From a virus (lineage: Duplodnaviria; Caudoviricetes): 36,630 bases of DNA. Positions 8,712 through 18,566 of the stretch are shown one piece after another. Position 1 is the stretch's first letter, and every line of letters begins with the position of its first letter. The notes under the pieces are model-generated. The model had not been told where the DNA came from and made no database searches. It saw nothing but the letters and a program-made list of their open reading frames with translations. Made by a program: the position numbers and the translations under genes. The stretch lies in the IMG/VR virus record IMGVR_UViG_3300022178_000294, positions 1-36,630 of that record; one strand, 5' to 3'.

Positions 8712-10006
8712 TATTTTTCCTCTACATTATTTGTATATTGACCTTTAACCCACGCCATTAAAAGATTTGCCCTTCTATCATTACGAACAAATATTCCTTT
8801 TTTATTATCATCTCTAGCAGCTAAACCATCATTATATAATTCTTGTAATACTGTAACAGGTCTTGTTGCATATCCACTATCTTCTGCTCTTAAAGCAGTA
8901 CCATCATTATTATATGCAGTAAATGTACCCATATATTTTTCATCACCTGTTTTTATATAATTAGATAATGCTTGTGTAAATGCTGGACCAAGCAATCCTT
9001 GATATTGCATATCACCAAGTACAATTTGTAAAAGTGAATTTTTAACTCCACTTATATCTACATCTAAATTTGACATTTTTTGTTTTGCTATTGTTCTTGC
9101 TTCATCTATTTTAATTCTTGTAATTTCTTCACCATCTTTTTTATTTAATTTTTCTTCTTTGTTTTTTAATTTCTCAATACTATACCCTCTATCAGTAAGT
9201 TCTTTTATAACCATTTTATTATTTAATGATAATCCATATCCTATTGTAGGATCGCCTTTTATATTTTCATATGCTTCAGAAGAAAATATACCACCTTCTT
9301 CATTTTCTATAACAAAATTATAAAGACCATCAGTATAAGTAATTCCTAATCTATTACCTTCGTTAATTTTTTTTTGTATTTTTTGTGATTGTTCTTCCCA
9401 ATCATCATAATTATAATCTAAGCCAGGTATTAAGTTTGCTACTATTTCTGCACCTTCTTTTCCTAAGTTATGAATATCGTTTTTTATTTTAAATAAACTA
9501 AATTGTGTAAACTCAGCAAGTTGTTTTCTAGAACTTGATAAAAAACCATCACCTATAATTCTATCATATTGTTTTTTTCTATCTACAAATCCTTCTGACC
9601 ATTCTTCATTATATGCATCTGTTCTTAATTTATCAGGTGTAAATTGTAAGTAATCTGGTAAACTACCTGAAAAATCATAAGGAGCATAAAGACTTGTTTC
9701 TTCATTAGGATTAGATAAATCATAAAAAGTACCATCACCATCATAATCTATTCTTATTCTATAAGATGGTCTGTCTACTCCTGAACTTTTATCATAAGTA
9801 AATCTTATTGTTTTATCATCAATCATTTGAAACAAATTATTTTGATCCATAAATTCTTCAGTAATCCCCATCTCTCTTCTATTTTCTTCACTCATTCCAT
9901 ACAAACGATTTTGTATTGTATGTACTGCATCTGTTCTAATTTCATCTTCAGTAAGATATTCACTGTATGTGTCCATTATAGGAAATTTAACTAATTCTTT
10001 AGCCAT
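8711..10006 (-). CDS. Internal virion protein with lysozyme-like (GH24) domain
   Basis: NEEGG.....AYENIKGDPTIGYG motif. Probable start MAKELVKF at 10006, 1 nt after the upstream TAA. Confidence 0.7.
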   Translation of the reverse strand: MAKELVKFPIMDTYSEYLTEDEIRTDAVHTIQNRLYGMSEENRREMGITEEFMDQNNLFQMIDDKTIRFTYDKSSGVDRPSYRIRIDYDGDGTFYDLSNPNEETSLYAPYDFSGSLPDYLQFTPDKLRTDAYNEEWSEGFVDRKKQYDRIIGDGFLSSSRKQLAEFTQFSLFKIKNDIHNLGKEGAEIVANLIPGLDYNYDDWEEQSQKIQKKINEGNRLGITYTDGLYNFVIENEEGGIFSSEAYENIKGDPTIGYGLSLNNKMVIKELTDRGYSIEKLKNKEEKLNKKDGEEITRIKIDEARTIAKQKMSNLDVDISGVKNSLLQIVLGDMQYQGLLGPAFTQALSNYIKTGDEKYMGTFTAYNNDGTALRAEDSGYATRPVTVLQELYNDGLAARDDNKKGIFVRNDRRANLLMAWVKGQYTNNVEEK

Positions 10007-10007
10007 A

Positions 10008-12194
10008 TTATTCGAAACCATACCCTTCACCATTAAGATCACTAAGAGCAAACTTAATAATTTCATTAATATCATTTTGTATTTCTCTACCAGTTCTTAT
10101 TTTTAATTCTTTTTTTGTTATTGGTTTTCCTCTAGTTGAATAATAACTTATCATATATTGAGGTAATCTATCTAATAATTCTTCTACCATAGAATCCATT
10201 TGTAATTGTTCTTTTTCTTGATCTGTTACTACAAAGTGTCTTAACAAAGGAACATCTATTAATGGTTTTACTGCTGGCTCTTTAAGTATTCCAGTACCAA
10301 CATTTGTTCCCATATTTACACCAAACACTGATATAGCTGCCATTTCCATTTTTGATTGTAATTGATTAGCTAATATATTTTCATCTACTAAACTTAATTT
10401 TTCATTAAACACTTCTATTAATCCATCTGCTTCATCTAATTTATAATCATTATGTATTTGAAACCAATTTTTAATAAAATCACCTTCAATAATTCCACCA
10501 GAAGTATTCTCTCTATAACTTTTATAATCTTTATAAAATTCTGCTAATAACATTTGATCTTCATTAGACACACCTTCTATACCCATTCCATTAACTGAAG
10601 GTATTTCTTGTAAAGAATTAAGCATACCAGCTATTTCTATTAAAGTATCTCTATTACCTTCTACATCTAAATTTAAAGGATTATGTAAATTACTAGATAT
10701 ATATTCTGTTAATACAGGAGGAACTACACCCATATTCATAGCATATTGTTTTAATTGAAAAAAATGACCACCAGATTCATCTGCAACTAATTCATTATTA
10801 TACATATTAAAATCATATTCAAATGACAATGTGTTAGATGTTCTTCCAGTCATATCAAAAATATGTTGTTCAATAATTAAATTTTTAATTTCTTTTCTAT
10901 CTATTTCATTACGAGGTATTCCTTCGGCTAATAATAATTCTTCTATTCTACCTATAGTACCATTCCATGTTCTATTATATTTACCTAGTTTTAAATCTAC
11001 ATTTTTATAAATAATAGAATCAGTATCTCCTTTAGCATCAAATAATATTTTACTCATACCACCAATAATAATACTTTTTTTATTTGCATTAGTTATTGCT
11101 TCTCTATCTTCAACTGTTGCATTTAAACCATTTAAATTTTTTGTTAATGTTGCTTCATCAAACGCAGTATAAGGTTTCATTGCACTATCTAAAAATTTAT
11201 TAATTTGTGTATTATATTCTTGTGTTATTGCATTTTTAATTTTTAATTGTTCTGTTGTCATTTGTGTATGTATATTATCTACATACGTTAAAGCATTTTG
11301 TTGAATTGATATTCTTTCATCATCTGTTGTATTTAACAATGTGCTAAATCCATCTAAATTATCTACATCAGGATTTTCTAAATATTCTTTCATATTTTTT
11401 TTAATTAAACCTAATGTAACTTCTACATTTGTTTTTTCATCTGCTTTACCTATTGGCTCAAATATTGTTCCATCACCATTTAAATCTTTTTGTAAAATAA
11501 ATTCTTGATCTAATACTTGTGCAGATTCTAATAATGATCTATTTTTAGAATTTAATCTTGCTCCTTCAAGTGCAATTTGTTTTTGTCTTTTCCAAACAGA
11601 AGGGTGAGGTAATGCTCCAGCATATTGTGGATCTAATGCATTATACATATTTTCATATGCTACAGATTTTTCTGTAAACTCTGCTAATACAGAAGATAAC
11701 ATTTCATTATCATAATCTTTATAATCTATATTTTCTAAATGTCTTATAATGTTACTTAACCAAACATTTGTATCATCATCATTTAATTTTATTAAATCAG
11801 CTTGTTGTTTATTATAATGTCTATTAATTATTTGTTGACCTTCTCTAGCAGCCATCATACCAACATATTGTTTAGCCCACCCTTTATATCTTTCAGGTAC
11901 TTGATTAACTAATGTTGAAACATAAGAATCTACATTTTTTGTAAACCCATTTGGATTAACTCTATTATCCATAGCAAAATCATTAATTGCTTTATAACTA
12001 TCAATACTAAATTGTGCTTTCCATTTTTCTTCTTCCATAGTAGCAATTCTTTTAGTTTGCACATCTAAAGCATTACCAATACTTTCTGATGCTGTAGCTA
12101 ACCAATCACCACTATATGTTGGAACTACACCCATTCTACTAGCTATAGAACTAGGTGTTACTTGTGTTTGTTTTTTACCAGTTGTTAATGCCAT
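10008..12194 (-). CDS. Internal virion protein (gp15-like position)
   Basis: 728 aa helical protein. Synteny between the gp14-like gene and the lysozyme-bearing gene. Confidence 0.6.
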   Translation of the reverse strand: MALTTGKKQTQVTPSSIASRMGVVPTYSGDWLATASESIGNALDVQTKRIATMEEEKWKAQFSIDSYKAINDFAMDNRVNPNGFTKNVDSYVSTLVNQVPERYKGWAKQYVGMMAAREGQQIINRHYNKQQADLIKLNDDDTNVWLSNIIRHLENIDYKDYDNEMLSSVLAEFTEKSVAYENMYNALDPQYAGALPHPSVWKRQKQIALEGARLNSKNRSLLESAQVLDQEFILQKDLNGDGTIFEPIGKADEKTNVEVTLGLIKKNMKEYLENPDVDNLDGFSTLLNTTDDERISIQQNALTYVDNIHTQMTTEQLKIKNAITQEYNTQINKFLDSAMKPYTAFDEATLTKNLNGLNATVEDREAITNANKKSIIIGGMSKILFDAKGDTDSIIYKNVDLKLGKYNRTWNGTIGRIEELLLAEGIPRNEIDRKEIKNLIIEQHIFDMTGRTSNTLSFEYDFNMYNNELVADESGGHFFQLKQYAMNMGVVPPVLTEYISSNLHNPLNLDVEGNRDTLIEIAGMLNSLQEIPSVNGMGIEGVSNEDQMLLAEFYKDYKSYRENTSGGIIEGDFIKNWFQIHNDYKLDEADGLIEVFNEKLSLVDENILANQLQSKMEMAAISVFGVNMGTNVGTGILKEPAVKPLIDVPLLRHFVVTDQEKEQLQMDSMVEELLDRLPQYMISYYSTRGKPITKKELKIRTGREIQNDINEIIKFALSDLNGEGYGFE

Positions 12195-12721
12195 TATAAT
12201 CCATACGGATAATTTTTCCGCCCTGTACTATTGTATTGATATTTTAAATTTATTTCAGGTTGCTTGTTACCTTGCATATATTTATATGTAGCCATACCAC
12301 TTGTTAGCTCTGCTATAATACTTGCATAACCACCAAACACTAAATCTTTTTCTTTCATTCTATTTTCAAAAATCATTTGACCGTATTTTTGATTTACTAC
12401 TTTACCCATTAAACGAATATCAGCTAAATCTTTATCTCTATTTTTTGTAACTTGATTATTAATATTTAAAAAACTCATACTATCATCAGAATATCCTGTA
12501 ATAGATTGGAAAGCTAAGTTTTGTCCTAACTCTGCTTCTGCATCTGCTCGTCTTTGATTTTCTGCTTCTAAAGCTCTTAATGCTGCCAATCTAGATTCTG
12601 CTGCTATTCTATAATTTTCTCTAGCTAATGCAGCTCTTTGTGCTTGTATACTAGATATTTGACCAGCAGTTTGTACTCCTGTACTTATTGCAAATAATGT
12701 TGCTGCTTCTACACCACTCAT
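12194..12721 (-). CDS. Internal virion protein (gp14-like)
   Basis: Ala/Gly hydrophobic N-terminus and Ala/Gln-rich helix, following the nozzle gene. Confidence 0.6.
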   Translation of the reverse strand: MSGVEAATLFAISTGVQTAGQISSIQAQRAALARENYRIAAESRLAALRALEAENQRRADAEAELGQNLAFQSITGYSDDSMSFLNINNQVTKNRDKDLADIRLMGKVVNQKYGQMIFENRMKEKDLVFGGYASIIAELTSGMATYKYMQGNKQPEINLKYQYNSTGRKNYPYGL

Positions 12722-14937
12722 GCGAACTGTATCTCCATAGCTATTCCTAATACCTTTAATGGTAATGGATCGTTTTGGCTAATAGTAATTGTAGGACTTT
12801 TACTATAACCTAAAAAATTAAATTCTTTTTTTGCTGTAACTGGTGTTATGTCTGTTCCAGAAGTAAACCCAGCTTGTTGTATTACTAACTCTTTAGAATT
12901 TAAATCTTGAGCTTTCATTGTTATATCTAATCCACCAGATATATCTACAATAGCTTTATTAACTCGTCTTGGTTGACCTGTAAGTGGGCCGGTATCTATT
13001 TCTTTATCTATAGACATTGTTTCTAATATAGGTGTATAATTAAATCCAACTCTTACTCCAGTAGGAAATGGTGCAGATGTTAATGTTATTCTACTATTAG
13101 AATCTACTGTAAATTCACCTAATGAGCCATTACCAAATACTGCAAATACTGTATCGGTGTTTTCGTAAATAGCATTTACTGTATGTAAAAATCCATCTAC
13201 TAATGTAATAACTGCATTATCGGCTGGTACAGCTGCAAGGTTTTTATCTAATGTTAATGTGTGTTGAGAAGTTCCAGCAGATACAGCAGTAATAGTATAT
13301 TCTGCTGCATTTCCAGCTATTGTAAATGTTTCTTGTATTTGTGGAGCAGTGCTAAAACCATCAACAACTAAAGTGTTTTGATCAGTAGCTTGACTTGCTC
13401 CTTTAACTAATGGTGTTCCTTTTTGAAATACTGTTGTTGTAGTAGAACAATCAAGAGTAATAGCATCATCATTAGCAAATCTTTCTAATAAATATTTAGT
13501 ACCACTAGGTACAACTCTTTTAACTATTACAAATAATTTATCATTTAATGCAGTTATACTATGAAACTTATCTCCAGTTTGTGTTTCCCACATAGTCCAA
13601 CCAGCAATTTTTTCATCACGAATAGAATGAAAGACTGCAAGTTTACCATCTTCATTAGTTCCACTATTTAAAAAAAAAGCAAACTGTTCTGGTTTAGTTT
13701 CATTACCTGTCATCATAGATAATTGTTTAGGAGAATCAATTAAATGAGAAGCTAATACAGATACACTTGTAGATCTATATGCTTGTTCAACATCTGAAAA
13801 TACATATTCTCTTACTGACTTACCATTCTTTTGACTAAACATAGAAGCTCCATCAAAAGGTATTGGTGCTGCTCTATTAATTCCATAAGGTGTTTGTCTT
13901 AAAAAAGCTATACTACTAGGAGTAATAGCAGCAGACTGTGATGATACTGGTACATAGTATTCTCCACTATCAGTAAATATTTGTAAGTTACGAGATGAAA
14001 TCATATGTCTAATTTCGTTTACTGTATCACTTGCAATAGCAACATTAATAGCTTCATTAGCTAAACCAGTACCTAAATCAAAATTAAAATATCCTCCAAT
14101 TTGACTAGCTATAACTGCTGCTGGATTATCTCTTACACCAGCAAACCATAATCTATTATCGTGAAAAGATACAGCTTGTGGAAATCCATTAACAGCAGAT
14201 ATTAATTGTTCTGACCAATCTGCATTAGCATCTGTATTAGGTAATGCTTCTAGTATAGTAGCAGTAACTGTAGTTGCATTTGTAAAACCTACAATCTTAA
14301 CTTGTTTACCACCAATTTTTAAATATGTTCCATTATGTCCTGATACAAAAGAATCTGCACTAGCAGTTAATGTAACGCTGTTTCCAGTAGTTGCGCCAGG
14401 TGTTATTGTTATTGTGCTATCAGCATATTTGTAAAATGGTTGTGTAGTTTTATTTATACCATTTACAGTTACAGTATCATCTTCTTCAAAAACATAAGCT
14501 GCTACACTAAAAGAACTAGCAGAAGCTCTTGTAATTTTTCTTATAGGATTTTCTCTATGACATAAAAAAACTGTATCACCAAACTGTGCAAAATTTAATT
14601 CAAATAATTGTGCAGTAGTCCAATTACAATTAGAAGTAATATTAGATTGTATTACTGCTCCACTAGAATTGTAAACATCTAGTCTATTATTAGATAATAC
14701 AAATATAGCTACTTCATCATTAGAAAATATAAATGGCATTATTCTACATTCGGCAGGCATTGTAGCCATATACTCAGTAGCTGGTCTACGCATTACTCCA
14801 CCTTCATCTAATAAATACCAGTTGCGTACTTGTTTACCACCTTCAAAATATGCTTTAGCGTCAGTTCTTGCATTAAGGAGATTGTTAATTTCTCCTGAAG
14901 AAAAGTTGGTATATACTTGTCTAATTTTTCTAGGCAT
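12718..14937 (-). CDS. Tail tubular protein B / nozzle (T7 gp12 / P22 gp10-like)
   Basis: TNFSSGEI...GG..RRP.T N-terminus, GFP..VSFH.NRL.F, and C-terminal Q..PLPL.VL. Confidence 0.85.
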   Translation of the reverse strand: MPRKIRQVYTNFSSGEINNLLNARTDAKAYFEGGKQVRNWYLLDEGGVMRRPATEYMATMPAECRIMPFIFSNDEVAIFVLSNNRLDVYNSSGAVIQSNITSNCNWTTAQLFELNFAQFGDTVFLCHRENPIRKITRASASSFSVAAYVFEEDDTVTVNGINKTTQPFYKYADSTITITPGATTGNSVTLTASADSFVSGHNGTYLKIGGKQVKIVGFTNATTVTATILEALPNTDANADWSEQLISAVNGFPQAVSFHDNRLWFAGVRDNPAAVIASQIGGYFNFDLGTGLANEAINVAIASDTVNEIRHMISSRNLQIFTDSGEYYVPVSSQSAAITPSSIAFLRQTPYGINRAAPIPFDGASMFSQKNGKSVREYVFSDVEQAYRSTSVSVLASHLIDSPKQLSMMTGNETKPEQFAFFLNSGTNEDGKLAVFHSIRDEKIAGWTMWETQTGDKFHSITALNDKLFVIVKRVVPSGTKYLLERFANDDAITLDCSTTTTVFQKGTPLVKGASQATDQNTLVVDGFSTAPQIQETFTIAGNAAEYTITAVSAGTSQHTLTLDKNLAAVPADNAVITLVDGFLHTVNAIYENTDTVFAVFGNGSLGEFTVDSNSRITLTSAPFPTGVRVGFNYTPILETMSIDKEIDTGPLTGQPRRVNKAIVDISGGLDITMKAQDLNSKELVIQQAGFTSGTDITPVTAKKEFNFLGYSKSPTITISQNDPLPLKVLGIAMEIQFA

Positions 14938-15545
14938 TAACTGACTACAAGTCCACTACGACTGCTTCTTCTTTCTGTTATAAATCTATCAGTAGAAAGT
15001 GTTTTAGTTGTAGTTTCTGAGGAGTCAGTATTTTTTGCAATTAATAATTGTCTTTCACTTAATTGATCAAACTCTCGAACAAGTGCTGCATCTCTTGCTA
15101 CTGATCCACCAAAGATACTAGCTAGTTTATATTCTACTGCTAATCTAAAGTGTGGGGGAAACTGATCTTCGCTTTGTCTAAATACATAATCCATAATAAC
15201 TGTAGTTGATGATCCAAAACCATCTAAATATATTTTATCTTCGTATCTATGATATCGTAATAACGCATCATTAGAAGTTACTGATAATATTTTTAAACAT
15301 TCAGGATTAGAAGGTATTTGATAAGCGTATTCAAATCTACCAGTAGGTGCATCTGCTAACAAAGATAACTGTTGTTGTCCTGTTGCAAATCTCCAATTAT
15401 GTCTAGTTAATGTAGATTCAACTACTTCTTCATATATTGTATTAGTTACAAGAGCTTCTGTAGTGTCATCAGTAAATGATGAAATAGGATTTGCTCCTAT
15501 CATTACTAATGCTCTTGAAGCTATATCTACTTTGGTTACTGCCAT
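14937..15545 (-). CDS. Tail tubular protein A / adaptor (T7 gp11-like)
   Basis: I...AL..IGA.PI.S...H.W.FA...Y.YQ.P signature. Confidence 0.85.
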   Translation of the reverse strand: MAVTKVDIASRALVMIGANPISSFTDDTTEALVTNTIYEEVVESTLTRHNWRFATGQQQLSLLADAPTGRFEYAYQIPSNPECLKILSVTSNDALLRYHRYEDKIYLDGFGSSTTVIMDYVFRQSEDQFPPHFRLAVEYKLASIFGGSVARDAALVREFDQLSERQLLIAKNTDSSETTTKTLSTDRFITERRSSRSGLVVS

Positions 15546-15548
15546 ACA

Positions 15549-16328
15549 TTAATATCTTGGAACATTTAAAGATAAATTTTTACCTTGAATATTATAAATT
15601 CCATATTTATTTGCTAAATACATACTATGTTCTTTAAATTCATCTTTTCTTTTTTGTGGATCATCAGATAAAACAATAGAATCTAATATTGCTATTCTTG
15701 TTCTAACATCATCTACTGCTTTTGGACTAAACATAAAACTATCTGTAGTAATTGTATTTCCATCTTTAAATTTTAAATCAAAACCTCCATCTGAATTTTT
15801 TTCAACTGTATACATTTGTTGACTTTTTAATGTAGCTTTCATTATTGAAGGAGATAATAAAGCTGCTGCTCCAATAACTGCTGCTTTACTTGGATCAGAT
15901 TTAATTGCTGCCATTGTATCATCAGCTAATTTTTTTGTTGCACTTTGAGCTTTACCTAATGTTTCTGTTGCTTTTTTCTTTGTTCCTGTAAATGCTTTTT
16001 GCCCTTTAGTAAATGCGCTAGTATTACTAACTGCATCTAATTTTTCTGCTGTAGTTGGTTTCCCTCCTGTATATAAAGTATTTTTTTGAGCTCTTATTGG
16101 ATTTTTTACACCTTTAGGTAAAGGCATACCTTTAATATTTTGTGGTTGTGATTTAGATTGTTCTAAATTTTTTAATCTTTGTTTTGCTGGTCCAGTAACT
16201 TTTTCTTTAATAAATTTACCTTCTTTTTTTAATTGATCTCCAATTTTTTTCTTTTTCTTTTTAGCACCCTTAATAGCTTTGCCTATTATTTTACTTGTGC
16301 CTTTTAATATACTTCCAGCTATTGCCAT
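15549..16328 (-). CDS. Lys-rich hypothetical protein
   Basis: 259 aa ORF with a strongly basic N-terminal half. Confidence 0.7.
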   Translation of the reverse strand: MAIAGSILKGTSKIIGKAIKGAKKKKKKIGDQLKKEGKFIKEKVTGPAKQRLKNLEQSKSQPQNIKGMPLPKGVKNPIRAQKNTLYTGGKPTTAEKLDAVSNTSAFTKGQKAFTGTKKKATETLGKAQSATKKLADDTMAAIKSDPSKAAVIGAAALLSPSIMKATLKSQQMYTVEKNSDGGFDLKFKDGNTITTDSFMFSPKAVDDVRTRIAILDSIVLSDDPQKRKDEFKEHSMYLANKYGIYNIQGKNLSLNVPRY

Positions 16329-16345
16329 AATTTTTTCCTATATTA

Positions 16346-16367
16346 GAGAGGGGATTGTTCCCCTCTC
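16346..16367 (-). terminator. 9-bp stem hairpin downstream of capsid/decoration genes (terminator or stabiliser)
   Basis: GAGAGGGGA-ttgt-TCCCCTCTC. Position is analogous to T7 Tphi, but the U-tract is poor. Confidence 0.55.
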
Positions 16368-16379
16368 CAAGTAATATAC

Positions 16380-16631
16380 TTATGCTAGTATTACTGTATT
16401 TAAGTTAGATCCACCATCGTTTACAGATACAATTAATATATCTACAACTGCGTTTGATCCACCACTATTTACAATAATAATATCTCCAGCACTTAGTTCT
16501 TTGTGAGACAAGATAAAGTAATCATCGTTGTCAATATCCCCAATAGCATCGCCATCTGTGTAATACCACATTGAATTGGAATCACCCATCTGAGAGATTT
16601 TTTTTACGGGATTTGCTAATGCGTAAGCCAT
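16380..16631 (-). CDS. Small capsid-associated (decoration-like) protein
   Basis: 83 aa directly after the capsid gene with W.Y...D......YF....L..GD.I motif. Has its own AGAGGA SD. Confidence 0.6.
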   Translation of the reverse strand: MAYALANPVKKISQMGDSNSMWYYTDGDAIGDIDNDDYFILSHKELSAGDIIIVNSGGSNAVVDILIVSVNDGGSNLNTVILA

Positions 16632-16649
16632 AATATTCTTTCCTCTCTG

Positions 16650-17495
16650 CTATTCAGCACACTTTTGTACTCTAATACCATTAGTATCAATCATAATTGA
16701 TCCCATACTTAAGTATGAAGTCATTAGATGTGAAACTTTTTCAGGTATATAGTTTACTTCTGTTCTTACTTCTGATCCCACACCTAAACCCATAGATGTT
16801 TTGTGCCAACAAATAGTGTGTCTATCTGTTGAGCCAGAAGTATCTAAACCAGAATGAACGAATGTTAAGAAACCTAAGAATCTTTTTGCAGTATAATTCA
16901 TACCAGAAAAAGGAAGTTCTGCAGTTCCGATATACTCGGCTCTAGTCCATTGATCGTCAGCTAAAAGATCAGCCCATTGACTTGGACCGATTGCCCAATA
17001 TCTTTGGTTATCATCAGGCACATTGTTAGTACCAAATAATTCTTGCATTTCTTTAAACTTGTCAATATTCATGTCGGTAGCTGGTGATCCACCACTTGCT
17101 CCAGCATTATTAGCTAAAGTTGTAGCAGATGACATAGCATCAGTAAGAATACTATCAGTTTTTCTACCTAAAGCGTAAGCTGCATTATTTGCAATTACAC
17201 TTCTTTCGTCAATATTGGTTTTAAGCTCATCTAGTTTGTCAACATAATCTGAAGCATAGTAGTCAGCTAGAGTTGCAGTTACATTAGTATGACTAATGTT
17301 CATTGCTACAACTTCTGAGTGACGAGCTTTAGTAGATGCTTCGCCAGTTCCAACTTTTTGGAATTTGACAGATTCTCCACTTACTCCATTTACAGTACGC
17401 ACTAGGTTTTTAAGCTTACTACCTTGTCTTTGATATGCCATATGCACTTCAGCTTCGAACTGAGTGATAAAAGCATTAGTAATAGTAGCAGACAT
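16650..17495 (-). CDS. Major capsid protein
   Basis: AF..QF..EVH.AYQR.GSKL...ALGRK.D motifs, follows the scaffold, strong GGAGG SD. Confidence 0.9.
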   Translation of the reverse strand: MSATITNAFITQFEAEVHMAYQRQGSKLKNLVRTVNGVSGESVKFQKVGTGEASTKARHSEVVAMNISHTNVTATLADYYASDYVDKLDELKTNIDERSVIANNAAYALGRKTDSILTDAMSSATTLANNAGASGGSPATDMNIDKFKEMQELFGTNNVPDDNQRYWAIGPSQWADLLADDQWTRAEYIGTAELPFSGMNYTAKRFLGFLTFVHSGLDTSGSTDRHTICWHKTSMGLGVGSEVRTEVNYIPEKVSHLMTSYLSMGSIMIDTNGIRVQKCAE

Positions 17496-17524
17496 TTTAC
17501 CTCCGTGTTTGCTTGTGTTCGTAG

Positions 17525-17585
17525 ATTATCTTGAAAAAGCTAAATAAGGTTGTCTTATAAAGGCCTATTGTCTTTTTAAAGGTCT
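17525..17585 (-). promoter_or_regulatory. Three tandem motif units in the capsid leader
   Basis: Minus strand reads AGAC-CTTTAAAAAG-ACAAT, AGGC-CTTTATAAG-ACAAC, TAG-CTTTTTCAAG-ATAAT. Confidence 0.5.
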
Positions 17586-17587
17586 AT

Positions 17588-17860
17588 TTAAGCTTTACTG
17601 ACATTTTTTTTAATGTTTTTCAACTCACAAATATTAACAACATTTTCTTTTGGAATAACACAAGTATCACCTATATCTGTATCATTGTATGTCATGTATA
17701 ATATTAATACATCATCATTGTCAGTTAAGACATAACCTTCGCTATAATTTATAGCTGGTTTATATTTTTTTGCATCATCGGGATTTAACCATTCAGCAAA
17801 TGATTGTGCATCACGCCAAGTAGCTTTAACTCGCCTTCTGACTTCCGTAATACTTTTCAT
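17588..17860 (-). CDS. Hypothetical protein (conserved phage W.DA...W family)
   Basis: V..TW.DA...W...S.G......IP...V pattern. Confidence 0.65.
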   Translation of the reverse strand: MKSITEVRRRVKATWRDAQSFAEWLNPDDAKKYKPAINYSEGYVLTDNDDVLILYMTYNDTDIGDTCVIPKENVVNICELKNIKKNVSKA

Positions 17861-18566
17861 ACAAACTACCTATTTTTGCAATGTAAGCTGGATCTCTTTC
17901 TCCATCTTTCCAGTATCTAGGATCTTTCATCATTGATCGTAAATCATCTAAACTAGGAGCAGCTTCAATAGCTGTTTCAGTAGTAGGCATAGGAGCATCT
18001 TTATTAAGGCTCATTATTTCTTCTAATGCTTTTACTCCTTGAGCTGTACTAGCAAATTCAGATATAGTAGAATATGCATCAGGAGATAAATTTTTTTTAC
18101 TCCATAAATCAGCAGCTTCTATTCTTTGTGTAGCATTTTCACCTAATAATTCTCTTTCATTATCTTGATTAGGTAAAGAAGATATTTCATTATTAACAAA
18201 TGCTTCTATACCTTTATCAAATTCTTCTTGTGATAATCCTTTAGCTTTAGCTGTTTCTGACCACCATTGTAATAAAGGCATTTCTTTATCAACACTTATA
18301 TCTACATTTTCTGGTAATTCAGGTAATGCAATTTTATATTCTTCAGGAGTACTAGCTTTTACTTCATTAGATATATCTTCTCTAATTTGTTTAGATAAAT
18401 CTTCTGTTCTTGCTCCTAATTTTTTTTCTAAAGAATTATAACTACTAGATAATTCTTCAATATTAATTTCATTTAAATCTTTATTCCAAAATTTATCTTG
18501 AACATAATCTGGTTTACTACCTTCTGTTTGTTCTGTTTCTTGTGTAACTACTTCTTCTTCAGCCAT
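17826..18566 (-). CDS. Capsid scaffolding protein
   Basis: Acidic, with P....KFW, SY..LEKKLG and C-terminal M.DPRYW. Lies between portal and capsid. Confidence 0.85.
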   Translation of the reverse strand: MAEEEVVTQETEQTEGSKPDYVQDKFWNKDLNEINIEELSSSYNSLEKKLGARTEDLSKQIREDISNEVKASTPEEYKIALPELPENVDISVDKEMPLLQWWSETAKAKGLSQEEFDKGIEAFVNNEISSLPNQDNERELLGENATQRIEAADLWSKKNLSPDAYSTISEFASTAQGVKALEEIMSLNKDAPMPTTETAIEAAPSLDDLRSMMKDPRYWKDGERDPAYIAKIGSLYEKYYGSQKAS

